Shown here piece by piece: positions 27,511 through 38,093 of a stretch of DNA of 42,222 nucleotides. Position 1 is the first letter of the stretch. Each line of letters begins with the position of its first letter. The notes beneath the pieces were generated by a model. It did not search any database. It was not told where the DNA came from and saw only the letters and a list, made by a program, of their open reading frames with translations. The DNA comes from an uncultured Actinomyces sp. (lineage in GTDB: Bacteria; Actinomycetota; Actinomycetes; S36-B12). The stretch lies in the NCBI GenBank assembly GCA_964560615.1, contig CAZLMT010000007.1, positions 1 to 42,222 of the forward strand, given 5' to 3'. A program made the translations under genes and the position numbers.

Positions 27511-28575
27511 TCGGGAGCGCAACCGCACGGCGATGGCCACCGCTGCGGCGGAGATGATGAAGACACCCGCGCCGATCGCGAGTGCAAGCACGGCGAGGGT
27601 CCCGACCCTGTCCACGGGCTCGAGGGCATCCGCCACCGCAGTCGGCGACGGCAGTGGCGACTCCTGTGGCGGCTGTGCGGCTGAGCCCGAGTCCTGCGGC
27701 GCCGCCGCCTCGTCCGTCGCTGCCGGCTCCGGCGACGTCGATGGGTCGCCCTCCGGAGCACCGACCGGCACGAGGAGGAGCCGATCGTCGCCCTCGCTCG
27801 CGATGATGACGGAGGTGCCGTCGGGCGTCCACGTCATGGCCTCACCCTGGACCTGCTCGGGCAGCGGCATGCGTGACTCGAGGGTGCCGGGCGGTGTCCC
27901 CGAGTAGATGCGCACCTCCGAGTAGTCGCGGACGGCGTAGCCACCGCCTGGGCGCATCGCGGCGTCGGTCACGAGGGCTTCCTCGGTGCCGACAGCGCGA
28001 GCCCGCACCTCCTCGCCAGGAGGCAACGGCTGCGGCAGCGCCCAGACCGTGCCGCCAAGCAGCCCCTTGCCGATGAGCCACAGCTGATCGCCATCCGCAA
28101 GCAGGGCTTCGGAGTCCTGTCGCTCCTCGAGGCGCACGCGGTAGGTGGTGGCATCCACCGTTGCGCTCCGCAGGTCCGGCGGCTCGGGGATCGCGTGAAT
28201 CTCGATGAAGCGGCGCTGCGAGGTGTTGTCGCCGACGTCGCCCCACCACAGCACGGGCGCCCCCGTCGGACCAGTCCCCATCGCGATCGCCTCGGGATCT
28301 TGTGCCTCGATGCCGCGGACGCGCAAGACCGCCCGGATCTCGCAGCTGTCGATGTCGAGGGCGTAGAGGCGCGCACCGCCGCCGGAGTCGTTGTGGGCCC
28401 AGACGATCCCGTCGTGCTGGGCGGAGTACGCCAGTCCACTGATCTCGGCCAGTCGGTCTCCGTCGAATCGGCAGAGCTCGGTGACCTCGGCTCGAGCGAT
28501 GGCAGCGGGTGCGATCAGGGCGACGGCGCTGACGGCGAGAGCGGCGCACATCCCCCCTGCCACCCGCATCACCAC
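27505..28575 (-). CDS. secreted beta-propeller-like (phytase-like / SdiA-regulated-like) protein with Pro/Ser-rich stalk and C-terminal TM anchor
   Basis: 356 aa. The signal peptide ends in AIARA. Motifs are EISGLAYS....WAHNDSGG, DPEAIA and GDVGDN. The tail is a PEPAATDEAAAPQDS... linker, one TM helix and RLRSRQ. The start is GTG at 28575 or ATG at 28569. It is encoded antisense between tadC and flp. Confidence 0.7.
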   Translation of the reverse strand: MVMRVAGGMCAALAVSAVALIAPAAIARAEVTELCRFDGDRLAEISGLAYSAQHDGIVWAHNDSGGGARLYALDIDSCEIRAVLRVRGIEAQDPEAIAMGTGPTGAPVLWWGDVGDNTSQRRFIEIHAIPEPPDLRSATVDATTYRVRLEERQDSEALLADGDQLWLIGKGLLGGTVWALPQPLPPGEEVRARAVGTEEALVTDAAMRPGGGYAVRDYSEVRIYSGTPPGTLESRMPLPEQVQGEAMTWTPDGTSVIIASEGDDRLLLVPVGAPEGDPSTSPEPAATDEAAAPQDSGSAAQPPQESPLPSPTAVADALEPVDRVGTLAVLALAIGAGVFIISAAAVAIAVRLRSRQ

Positions 28576-28735
28576 ATCAGCCTACGTGCGTTGTCATCCC
28601 CAGTGACGCACCACATCATCTCTCCACAGTCACTCCCGCGGCCCTGGTGACGTGACGGAGCGCGGCGCACGGTGGCGGCGCGGACTACCGGTTCGCACGC
28701 ACCGGCCGTCTCGCCGGCATGTCTGGAGGCAGACC

Positions 28736-28948
28736 ATGACCACATCTGCACTGAATCGTCTGGCACACACCCGGGTCATTGCCCGCATCCGCCGTGAGGA
28801 CGCGGGGATGACCACCGTCGAGTACGCCGTAGGCACCGTGGCGGCGGCCGGCTTCGGCGGCTTGCTCATCAAGCTGCTGATGTCCGACGAGGCACGCAAC
28901 CTCATCTGGGGCCTCATCACCAACGCCCTCTCGGCACTCTTCGGATAG
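28736..28948 (+). CDS. flp: Flp-type prepilin (DUF4244 / Rv3656c-like)
   Basis: ATG at 28736 with GGAGG 6 nt upstream, in frame in track ORF 28652-28948. 70 aa. A basic leader is followed by the G/MTTVEYAVGT processing-type motif and a hydrophobic helix. Confidence 0.8.
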   Translation: MTTSALNRLAHTRVIARIRREDAGMTTVEYAVGTVAAAGFGGLLIKLLMSDEARNLIWGLITNALSALFG

Positions 28949-28953
28949 TCGCG

Positions 28954-29361
28954 ATGCACCTGGATGCCCATCACGCCCCGGGACGGCGCGGCGATCGCGG
29001 CAGTGTCGTCGTGGAGGCAGCGCTGGTGATCCCGGTGCTCCTGGCTTTCACGGTGCTGCTCGTCTGGGTGACGTCGCTGGGGGCGACCTATGTCCGCCTC
29101 CTCGACGTCGCCCAGACGGCGGCGCGCCAGGCCGCCCGCGGCGTCGTCGATACGACCCCTGTCCCTGGAGTCGACGTAGACCTGGCCGAGGTCGACGGCC
29201 TCATCCGCGTGGAAGCCAGCCAGCAGGTGTCCCCTCCGCTCGCTGGCTTCGCCGGGTGGTCGGTGACGGTGCGTGCCGAAGCGCATGCCGCGCCCGAGTG
29301 GTCCATGGACCCTTACGAGCCATCCGCGGGAGCTGACCTGCCGACAGGGGAGACGCGATGA
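28954..29361 (+). CDS. tadE: TadE-family pseudopilin-like protein
   Basis: 135 aa. GSVVVEAALVIPVLLAFTVLL is the TadE N-terminal motif. Its stop overlaps the next start through ATGA. Confidence 0.8.
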   Translation: MHLDAHHAPGRRGDRGSVVVEAALVIPVLLAFTVLLVWVTSLGATYVRLLDVAQTAARQAARGVVDTTPVPGVDVDLAEVDGLIRVEASQQVSPPLAGFAGWSVTVRAEAHAAPEWSMDPYEPSAGADLPTGETR

Positions 29362-29720
29362 TGACGGCGCGCTGGCGGGAGGACCGCGGAGTCGCCACCG
29401 TGCTCGGCATCGCGCTCGCCTTTGTCGTCATGGCATCGGGCCTGGTGATCCTCGCGATTGTCGCGCTGACGGTCGGTCACCAGCGCGCCGCTGTCGCCGC
29501 CGACCTCGCAGCCCTCGCCGCCGCCGCTCATGGCTGCGACGTGGCCGAGCAGGTCGCGCGAGCCCAAGGGGCCGTCTCCGTGGCGTGCTCCCTCCAGGGG
29601 GGTGACGCCGTCGTCACCGTGGCGCTGCCTGCCCCGGAGATGCTGGGGCGCCTCGCACAGTGGACCGGGCGCGAAGCCCCCGTGATCCCGAGTGCGTCGC
29701 GCGCCGGGATTGCTGAGTGA
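29358..29720 (+). CDS. Rv3654c-family TadE-like protein ('helicase/secretion neighbourhood' TadE-like)
   Basis: 120 aa. The N-terminus RGVATVLGIALAFVVMASGLV is followed by AAADLAALAAA and conserved Cys residues. It is the last gene of the tad operon. Confidence 0.75.
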   Translation: MMTARWREDRGVATVLGIALAFVVMASGLVILAIVALTVGHQRAAVAADLAALAAAAHGCDVAEQVARAQGAVSVACSLQGGDAVVTVALPAPEMLGRLAQWTGREAPVIPSASRAGIAE

Positions 29721-29729
29721 GGCGCGGTC

Positions 29730-32051
29730 CTACGCGCCCGGAGCAGGTGCGCCTAGGAGCAGTGCATCGAGGAGGAGGACCGCCCCGCGCTTGTCCAGGG
29801 GTTCGTTGCCATTGCCGCACTTGGGCGACTGCACGCACGACGGGCAACCCGCGTCGCACTCGCAGGTCGCGATGTGGTCGCGCGTCGCGCGCCACCAATG
29901 CTGGGCTGCTTCGAAGCCACGATCAGCGAAGCCTGCCCCACCGGGATGGCCGTCGTAGACCACGACCGTGCAGCGCCCGGTGTCCGGATGGAGCTCGGTG
30001 GACACTCCGCCGATATCCCAGCGGTCGCACGTCGCGATGAGCGGCATGAGACCTATCGCCGCGTGCTCGGCCGCGTGCGCCGCACCCGCGAGGTCGATCC
30101 CTGCCGACGTGAGCGCGGCGACCTGACCTGCGCTCACCGTCCACCATGTGCCGCGCGTGCGCAGGGTGCGCTCGGGCATCTCCAGCGACTCGCGGCCCAG
30201 GATCTCCCCGCTGCCCGCACGGCGTCGGACGTATCCCACGACCTGGGATGTCACCTCGACCTCGCCCACGACGACGTCGGCGTCCCCCCAGGCGACCTGT
30301 CGGTCGACCCCGAGGATGCGGTAGTCGGCCACTTCTTCGGCGGTCGTCGTGTGATCGGTCTCCTCCACGCGGACCATCGCCACGGCATCGTCGAGATCGA
30401 GTGCCGTGACCAGGTGCGTGATCCCCTGGTGGAGGTAGACCGCGCCGGGGTGCACCGTCGCGGGGGCCCGCGCGGCCTCCACGGTGCCGAGCAGTCGTCC
30501 CGTGCCCTCCTCGACGAGGCGCACGGGAGGTGCGGCATCGCCGCGCAGGTCGATGCGCTCGGCAGCGGAGCCACGCTGCGTCCAGTAGTAGCCGGTGCGG
30601 CGGTGGCGCAGCGTGCCCTGGGCAGCCAGGTCGATCAGGCGCGCGGGCGCAGTAGGGCCGAACCAGGTGATCGCATCGTCGTCGGTGAGCGGGTGTTCGG
30701 CCGCGGCCGCTGCTAGATGGGGGGCGAGCACATATGGATTCGCGGGATCCAAGACCACCGACTCCACGGGCTGATCGAAGACGACACCCGGGTGCTCGAG
30801 CACGTAGCGGTCGAGCGGATCCTCGCGTGCGATGAGCACGGCCAGCGCATCATCATCGCCGCGCCCGGCGCGACCCCACTGCTGCCACAGTGACGCGCGC
30901 GTGCCCGGCCAGCCGGCGACGACGACCGCGTCGAGTCCGCTGATGTCGATGCCCAACTCGAGCGCATTGGTCGTGGCGACAGCACGCAGACGGCCATCGC
31001 GCAGATCCGCCTCGAGTGCGCGCCGCTCCTCGGCCAGGTATCCGCCGCGGTACGCCGCGACTGAGTCGGCGAGTTCGGGATCCACCTCCGCGAGCTCATC
31101 ACGGGCCCGCTGTGCCACGACCTCGGCTCCGCGCCGCGAGCGCACGAAGGCGAGGGTGCGCCTGCCCTCGCTCGCCAGGTCGGCGAGGACATCGGCGGTC
31201 TCGGCGAGCGCCGACCTCCGAGGGGTTGGCTTGGCAGGGTCGTGATGGGAGATCCCCACGGCCTCGGGCGGCTCCCACAGCACCGCGGTGACCGCTGCAT
31301 GGCGGGAACCGTCGATCTCGACGGGCGTCACGGGTGCTCCGATGAGTCGCGCTGCCGCCTCTCCGGGAGACGCCATCGTGGCGGAGGCGCAGATCACCAC
31401 GGGATCGCTGCCGTGCAGGGCCGCGAGCCGTCGAAGGCGCCGGATCACCATGGCGACATGCGAACCGAACATCCCGCGGTAGTGGTGCGCCTCGTCGACG
31501 AGGATGAAACTCAGGTGTCGCAGGACCCGAGACCATGCCGATGCGCGCGGCAGCAGCGAACGATGCACGAGGTCGGGATTCGTGAGGATGAAGTTGGCGT
31601 GCGCTCGCACCCACGCGCGCTCGTCGGCGGGAGTGTCACCGTCGTACGTCGCGGCACGCACGCCGGGGACATCGAGTTCGACCAGTGCCGCGAGCTGATC
31701 ATGCGCGAGCGCCTTGGTGGGTGAGAGGTAGAGGACGCAGGCGCGATCGTCGGCGAGCAGCGTGGACAGACTCGGCAGCCACATGGCCAGGGTCTTGCCC
31801 GAGGAGGTGCCGGTCGACACCACGACGTGCTCGCCACGCAGGGCCGCGGCAGCCGCCTCGGCCTGATGCGACCACGGCGCCGTGACGCCACGGTCAGACA
31901 GCCGGTCGAGGAGCACCGGGGGTGTGCCCTCCGGCCACGCCCCCGGGGTGCCCGGACGCGCGGGCAGGTGGCGGACCACCTTCCGCCCGGAGGGGCGTGC
32001 CGCCAGGGCGCCCAGGGCGGCGGTTCCGCGATCGTCCGTGTCTGCGTCCAT
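29730..32051 (-). CDS. DEAH-box helicase with C-terminal DUF1998 (MZB) zinc module (Rv3649 / MrfA-like)
   Basis: 773 aa. Motif I is STGTSSGKT and motif II is VDEAHHY. Helicase C motifs are present. The C-terminus carries CECDAGCPSCVQSPKCGNGNEPLDK. The gene is convergent with the tad operon, with 9 nt between the stops. Confidence 0.9.
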   Translation of the reverse strand: MDADTDDRGTAALGALAARPSGRKVVRHLPARPGTPGAWPEGTPPVLLDRLSDRGVTAPWSHQAEAAAAALRGEHVVVSTGTSSGKTLAMWLPSLSTLLADDRACVLYLSPTKALAHDQLAALVELDVPGVRAATYDGDTPADERAWVRAHANFILTNPDLVHRSLLPRASAWSRVLRHLSFILVDEAHHYRGMFGSHVAMVIRRLRRLAALHGSDPVVICASATMASPGEAAARLIGAPVTPVEIDGSRHAAVTAVLWEPPEAVGISHHDPAKPTPRRSALAETADVLADLASEGRRTLAFVRSRRGAEVVAQRARDELAEVDPELADSVAAYRGGYLAEERRALEADLRDGRLRAVATTNALELGIDISGLDAVVVAGWPGTRASLWQQWGRAGRGDDDALAVLIAREDPLDRYVLEHPGVVFDQPVESVVLDPANPYVLAPHLAAAAAEHPLTDDDAITWFGPTAPARLIDLAAQGTLRHRRTGYYWTQRGSAAERIDLRGDAAPPVRLVEEGTGRLLGTVEAARAPATVHPGAVYLHQGITHLVTALDLDDAVAMVRVEETDHTTTAEEVADYRILGVDRQVAWGDADVVVGEVEVTSQVVGYVRRRAGSGEILGRESLEMPERTLRTRGTWWTVSAGQVAALTSAGIDLAGAAHAAEHAAIGLMPLIATCDRWDIGGVSTELHPDTGRCTVVVYDGHPGGAGFADRGFEAAQHWWRATRDHIATCECDAGCPSCVQSPKCGNGNEPLDKRGAVLLLDALLLGAPAPGA

Positions 32052-32198
32052 CCGGGGGCCATCATGACTCCCCCGACCGACCCCCCGGACCGCAGCCGGC
32101 GGGCCTGCGTAAGATCCCGGGGAGTTTCGGCCCGTTACACGGGCCGTTCCTGATACCGGGGGGCCACACCCGCCCGGACGCGTCCACCAGGGAGTCCC

Positions 32199-34535
<2,337 letters not shown>

Positions 34536-34560
34536 GCGTCCCGTATAGCGGAACGTCCGT

Positions 34561-34594
34561 CCCGGTGCTCACCCCCGTAGGGGGTGGGACCGGG
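34561..34594 (+). terminator. GC-rich hairpin downstream of hppA
   Basis: cccggt (34561-34566) pairs with accggg (34589-34594), and caccccc (34570-34576) pairs with gggggtg (34580-34586), with loop gta. It starts 26 nt after the hppA stop. There is no U-tract, which is common in high-GC actinobacteria. Confidence 0.5.
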
Positions 34595-34686
34595 CGGCAG
34601 GGGTCGGCATTTGACAGCGGCACCCCCGGGCTGCGCAGACTCCCAACGGTCCCGCCAGTCCCACGGCGGAGAAGACAGGAGCGGAA

Positions 34687-37452
34687 GTGGCTGTGGAGCG
34701 TGTGCTCGTCATCGTCGAGTCGCCGGCGAAGGCCAAGACGATCGAGGGCTACCTCAACGGTCGGGGATCCCGGGATTTCCGGGTCAAGGCGTCGGTCGGC
34801 CACGTGCGCGATCTCGCCAGCCGGGCATCGGAACTCCCCGAGGGTCTGCGCAAGGAGCCCTGGTCGAAGTACGCCGTCAACACCGACGACGGCTTCACCC
34901 CCTTCTACGTCGTGCATGCCAATAAGAAGGCGACGATCGCGGAGCTGAAGCAGGAGCTCAAGAACGCTTCCGAGTTGCTCCTCGCCACGGACGAGGACCG
35001 CGAGGGCGAGGCCATCGCCTGGCACCTGCTCGAGGTGCTCAAGCCGAAGGTCCCCGTGCGCCGCATGGTCTTCCACGAGATCACCGAGCACGCCATCTCC
35101 GATGCCCTCGAGCAGACGCGCGAACTCGACATGAAGCTCGTCGATGCGCAAGAGACGCGTCGCATCGTCGATCGGCTCTACGGCTACCCCGTCTCCGAGG
35201 TGCTCTGGAAGAAGATCGGTCGCGACGCTCGCTCGGCAGGCCGGGTGCAGTCGGTCGCGGTTCGACTTGTCGTGGACCGCGAGCGTGAGCGCATTGCCTT
35301 CGTCTCCGCGTCGTACTGGGACCTGACAGCGACCTTCGATCCCGGAGCCTTCTCCGCCCGACTCAACCTTGTCGAGGGCAAGCGCCTGGCCACCGGGCGT
35401 GACTTCGACGACCGCGGCCAGCTCACCGGCCGCGACTGCGTGGTGCTCGACGAGTCCGGGGCCCGATCGCTCGCCACTGCGCTCGAAGGGGTGGACTACA
35501 CCGTCCGCTCCGTCGTCGAGAAGCCGGGCAAGCGCAGTCCCAAGGCCCCCTTCATGACCTCGACGCTCCAGCAGGAGGCCTCGCGGCGCTTCCGCTGGAA
35601 TGCGCAGCGCACGATGCGCGTCGCCCAGGGCCTCTACGAGCGTGGCTACATCACCTACATGCGCACGGACTCCACGACGCTCTCCGAGACGGCGGTGACC
35701 GCCGCCCGCGCCCAGGCCGCGGAGCTTTACGGCCACGATCACGTGGCCGAGGCCCCGCGCCGCTACGACCGCAAGGTGAAGAACGCGCAGGAGGCGCACG
35801 AAGCCATCCGTCCCGCGGGCGATGCCTTCCGCACCCCGGGTGAGGTGCAGCGCGAGTTGAGCGCCGACGAGTTCGCCCTCTATGACCTCATCTGGAAGCG
35901 CACGCTCGCCTCGCAGATGGCCGACGCTCGTGTCGCGACCACGACCGTCACGATCGGCGCGGTCGCATCGGATGGCCGCGATGTGGAATTCACCGCATCG
36001 GGCACCGTCACGCTCTTCGCCGGCTTCAAAGCCGCTTACGAGGACACGCGTGAGGAGGACTCCGAGGATGAGTCCGAGCGCGTGCTGCCCGTTCTGCGCG
36101 AGGGCCAGTCCGTCGCGGCCGCGGACATGACGGCCGATGGCCACTCCACCAACCCGCCTGCGCGGTTCACCGAGGCATCCCTCACGGCCAAGCTCGAGGA
36201 ACTCGGCATCGGTCGTCCCTCGACCTACGCCGCGATCATGGGCACCATCGTCGACCGCGGCTACGTGTGGAAGAAGGGATCGGCGCTTATCCCGTCATTC
36301 CTTGCCTTCGCTGTCATCCGCCTGCTCGAGGAGCACTTCAGCGAGTTGGTCGACTACCGCTTCACCGCGCGCATGGAGGAGTACCTCGATGCGATCGCCA
36401 ACGGCGAGGCCGGTCGCGATGCGCAGTTGGAGACCTTCTGGCGCGGTGGTGACACTGACACGGGTCCCTTCCGCGGCGTACTCGATCTCACCACCGATCT
36501 CGGCGCCATCGACGCGCGCATGCTGTCGACCTTCCCCATCGAAGGCACGGATGCTGTCGTTCGCGTGGGTCGCTACGGCGCCTTCGTGGAGCGCGGCGAG
36601 GAGCGGGCGTCCATCCCCGATGACCTCGCTCCCGACGAGCTCACCGCGGAGAAAGCCGAGGAGTTGCTCTCCCAGCCGTCGGGTGAGCGCGAGCTGGGTG
36701 TCGACCCGGAGACGGGCCTGGCGATCGTGGCCAAGTCCGGACGCTACGGCCCCTACGTGACCGAGGTGCTTGCCGAGGACGCGCCGAAGTCTGCGAAGCC
36801 CCGCACGGGCTCGCTGCTCAAGTCGATGTCACTCGACACCGTCACCCTCGACGACGCCCTACGCCTCATCTCACTTCCGCGCGTCGTCGGCGTCGACCCT
36901 GCGGACGCGGTCGAGATCACCGCGCAGAACGGCCGCTACGGCCCCTACCTGCTCAAGGGCAAGGACTCCCGCTCCCTCACGACGGAGGAGTCGATCTTCA
37001 CCGTCACCCTTGAGGAGGCGCTCGCCCTGTACGCCCAGCCCAAGCAGAGGCGCGGCGCTGCATCCGCGCCGCCGCTGAAGGAGCTCGGCGACGATCCCGT
37101 GTCGGGCCGTCCGGTGGTGCTCAAGGAGGGTCGCTTCGGCCCCTACGTCACTGACGGCGAGACCAACGCGTCACTGCGCCGCGACGACGATCCGGAGACG
37201 ATTGATCCGGGCCGTGCCTTCGAGTTGCTCGCGGAGCGGCGGGCACGCGGTCCCGTGAAGCGGACCGCCAAGAAGGCGGCCAAGAAGGCTGCTCCCAAGA
37301 AGGCTGCCGCCAAGAAGGCTGCTCCCAAGAAGGCTGCCGCCAAGAAGGCCCCGGCCAAGAAGGCAGCGAAGAAGGCTCCCGCCAAGAAGGCGGCTGGCCC
37401 CAGCCTCACGACCGCAGCGCTCATGGCCCAGCCGCAGCCTGCGGATGCCTAG
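34687..37452 (+). CDS. topA: DNA topoisomerase I with Lys/Ala-rich C-terminal tail
   Basis: 921 aa. The TOPRIM region is [16 protein letters not shown] and DEDREGE. The active-site context is YITYMRTDS. The GTG start has AGGAG 6 nt upstream. The C-terminus consists of [13 protein letters not shown] repeats. Confidence 0.95.
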   Translation: MAVERVLVIVESPAKAKTIEGYLNGRGSRDFRVKASVGHVRDLASRASELPEGLRKEPWSKYAVNTDDGFTPFYVVHANKKATIAELKQELKNASELLLATDEDREGEAIAWHLLEVLKPKVPVRRMVFHEITEHAISDALEQTRELDMKLVDAQETRRIVDRLYGYPVSEVLWKKIGRDARSAGRVQSVAVRLVVDRERERIAFVSASYWDLTATFDPGAFSARLNLVEGKRLATGRDFDDRGQLTGRDCVVLDESGARSLATALEGVDYTVRSVVEKPGKRSPKAPFMTSTLQQEASRRFRWNAQRTMRVAQGLYERGYITYMRTDSTTLSETAVTAARAQAAELYGHDHVAEAPRRYDRKVKNAQEAHEAIRPAGDAFRTPGEVQRELSADEFALYDLIWKRTLASQMADARVATTTVTIGAVASDGRDVEFTASGTVTLFAGFKAAYEDTREEDSEDESERVLPVLREGQSVAAADMTADGHSTNPPARFTEASLTAKLEELGIGRPSTYAAIMGTIVDRGYVWKKGSALIPSFLAFAVIRLLEEHFSELVDYRFTARMEEYLDAIANGEAGRDAQLETFWRGGDTDTGPFRGVLDLTTDLGAIDARMLSTFPIEGTDAVVRVGRYGAFVERGEERASIPDDLAPDELTAEKAEELLSQPSGERELGVDPETGLAIVAKSGRYGPYVTEVLAEDAPKSAKPRTGSLLKSMSLDTVTLDDALRLISLPRVVGVDPADAVEITAQNGRYGPYLLKGKDSRSLTTEESIFTVTLEEALALYAQPKQRRGAASAPPLKELGDDPVSGRPVVLKEGRFGPYVTDGETNASLRRDDDPETIDPGRAFELLAERRARGPVKRTAKKAAKKAAPKKAAAKKAAPKKAAAKKAPAKKAAKKAPAKKAAGPSLTTAALMAQPQPADA
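37281..37340. repeat. perfect 30-bp tandem repeat (2 copies) within a degenerate array (about 37266-37392) encoding the TopA KKAA tail
   Basis: caagaaggctgctcccaagaaggctgccgc occurs at 37281-37310 and again at 37311-37340. Flanking units are diverged. Confidence 0.9.
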
Positions 37453-37472
37453 GCACGCGTAGGCTCGCTCGC

Positions 37473-38093
37473 GTGACCGGCGCCCGCTTCATCGTCTTCG
37501 AGGGTGGAGAGGGCGCGGGCAAGTCCACTCAGTCCAACGCCCTGGCCGACTACCTCCGCGCGCGCGGTCACAGCGTCTTGTGCACGCGGGAGCCTGGGGG
37601 CACTCTTGCCGCCGAGGCGATCCGCGCGGTGCTCCTGGATCCTGCCAACGCCGGGCTAGATGATCGCGCCGAGGCGCTGCTCTTTGCTGCCGCGCGTGGC
37701 GATCATGCGGCGCGTGTGATCCGCCCGGGCTTGGAGCGCGGTGACGTCGTCATCTCCGATCGCTACCTCGACTCGTCCGTGGCGTACCAAGGTGTGGCGC
37801 GTGGTCTCGGCGCCGAGCGCGTGGCGGAGTTGAGCCTGTGGGCGACGGGCGGTCTCGTGCCTGACCTCACCATCGTGCTCGATGTCGATCCGGCCCTCGG
37901 ACTCGCGCGCGTTGTCGGCCCTGATCGGCTCGAGTCCGAGCCGATCGAGTGGCATGCGCGCGTGCGGCAGGCATTCCTCGACATCGCGACCGAGCATCCG
38001 CAGCGCTACCTCGTGCTCGATGGATCGAGGCCCGCGGAAGACCTGGCCGTGGAGATCGCCGTGGCCGTGAGCGCCCTCGTGGGCGATGCCTGA
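37473..38093 (+). CDS. tmk: thymidylate kinase
   Basis: 206 aa. The P-loop is FEGGEGAGKST, and the DRY-type motif is SDRYLDSSVAYQG. GTG start. Its stop overlaps the holB start through TGATG. Confidence 0.92.
   Translation: MTGARFIVFEGGEGAGKSTQSNALADYLRARGHSVLCTREPGGTLAAEAIRAVLLDPANAGLDDRAEALLFAAARGDHAARVIRPGLERGDVVISDRYLDSSVAYQGVARGLGAERVAELSLWATGGLVPDLTIVLDVDPALGLARVVGPDRLESEPIEWHARVRQAFLDIATEHPQRYLVLDGSRPAEDLAVEIAVAVSALVGDA

Noticed and set aside
29730-32051. The DUF1998-containing helicase as part of a DISARM- or Druantia-like anti-phage system.
   Set aside because: No partner genes are adjacent: no methyltransferase, no PLD-domain protein and no DrmB/DruA-D-like proteins. The helicase has the housekeeping Rv3649/MrfA-like architecture and conserved core-genome neighbours (tad locus, topA).
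31511-32065. An alternative frame at the helicase 5' end (MMAPGW...), with GGGGAG just upstream of an ATGATG.
   Set aside because: The 184-aa translation is Arg/Pro/Trp/Cys-rich junk. The helicase motifs are in the frame starting at 32051. The SD-like string is probably fortuitous, or the helicase start is slightly misplaced.
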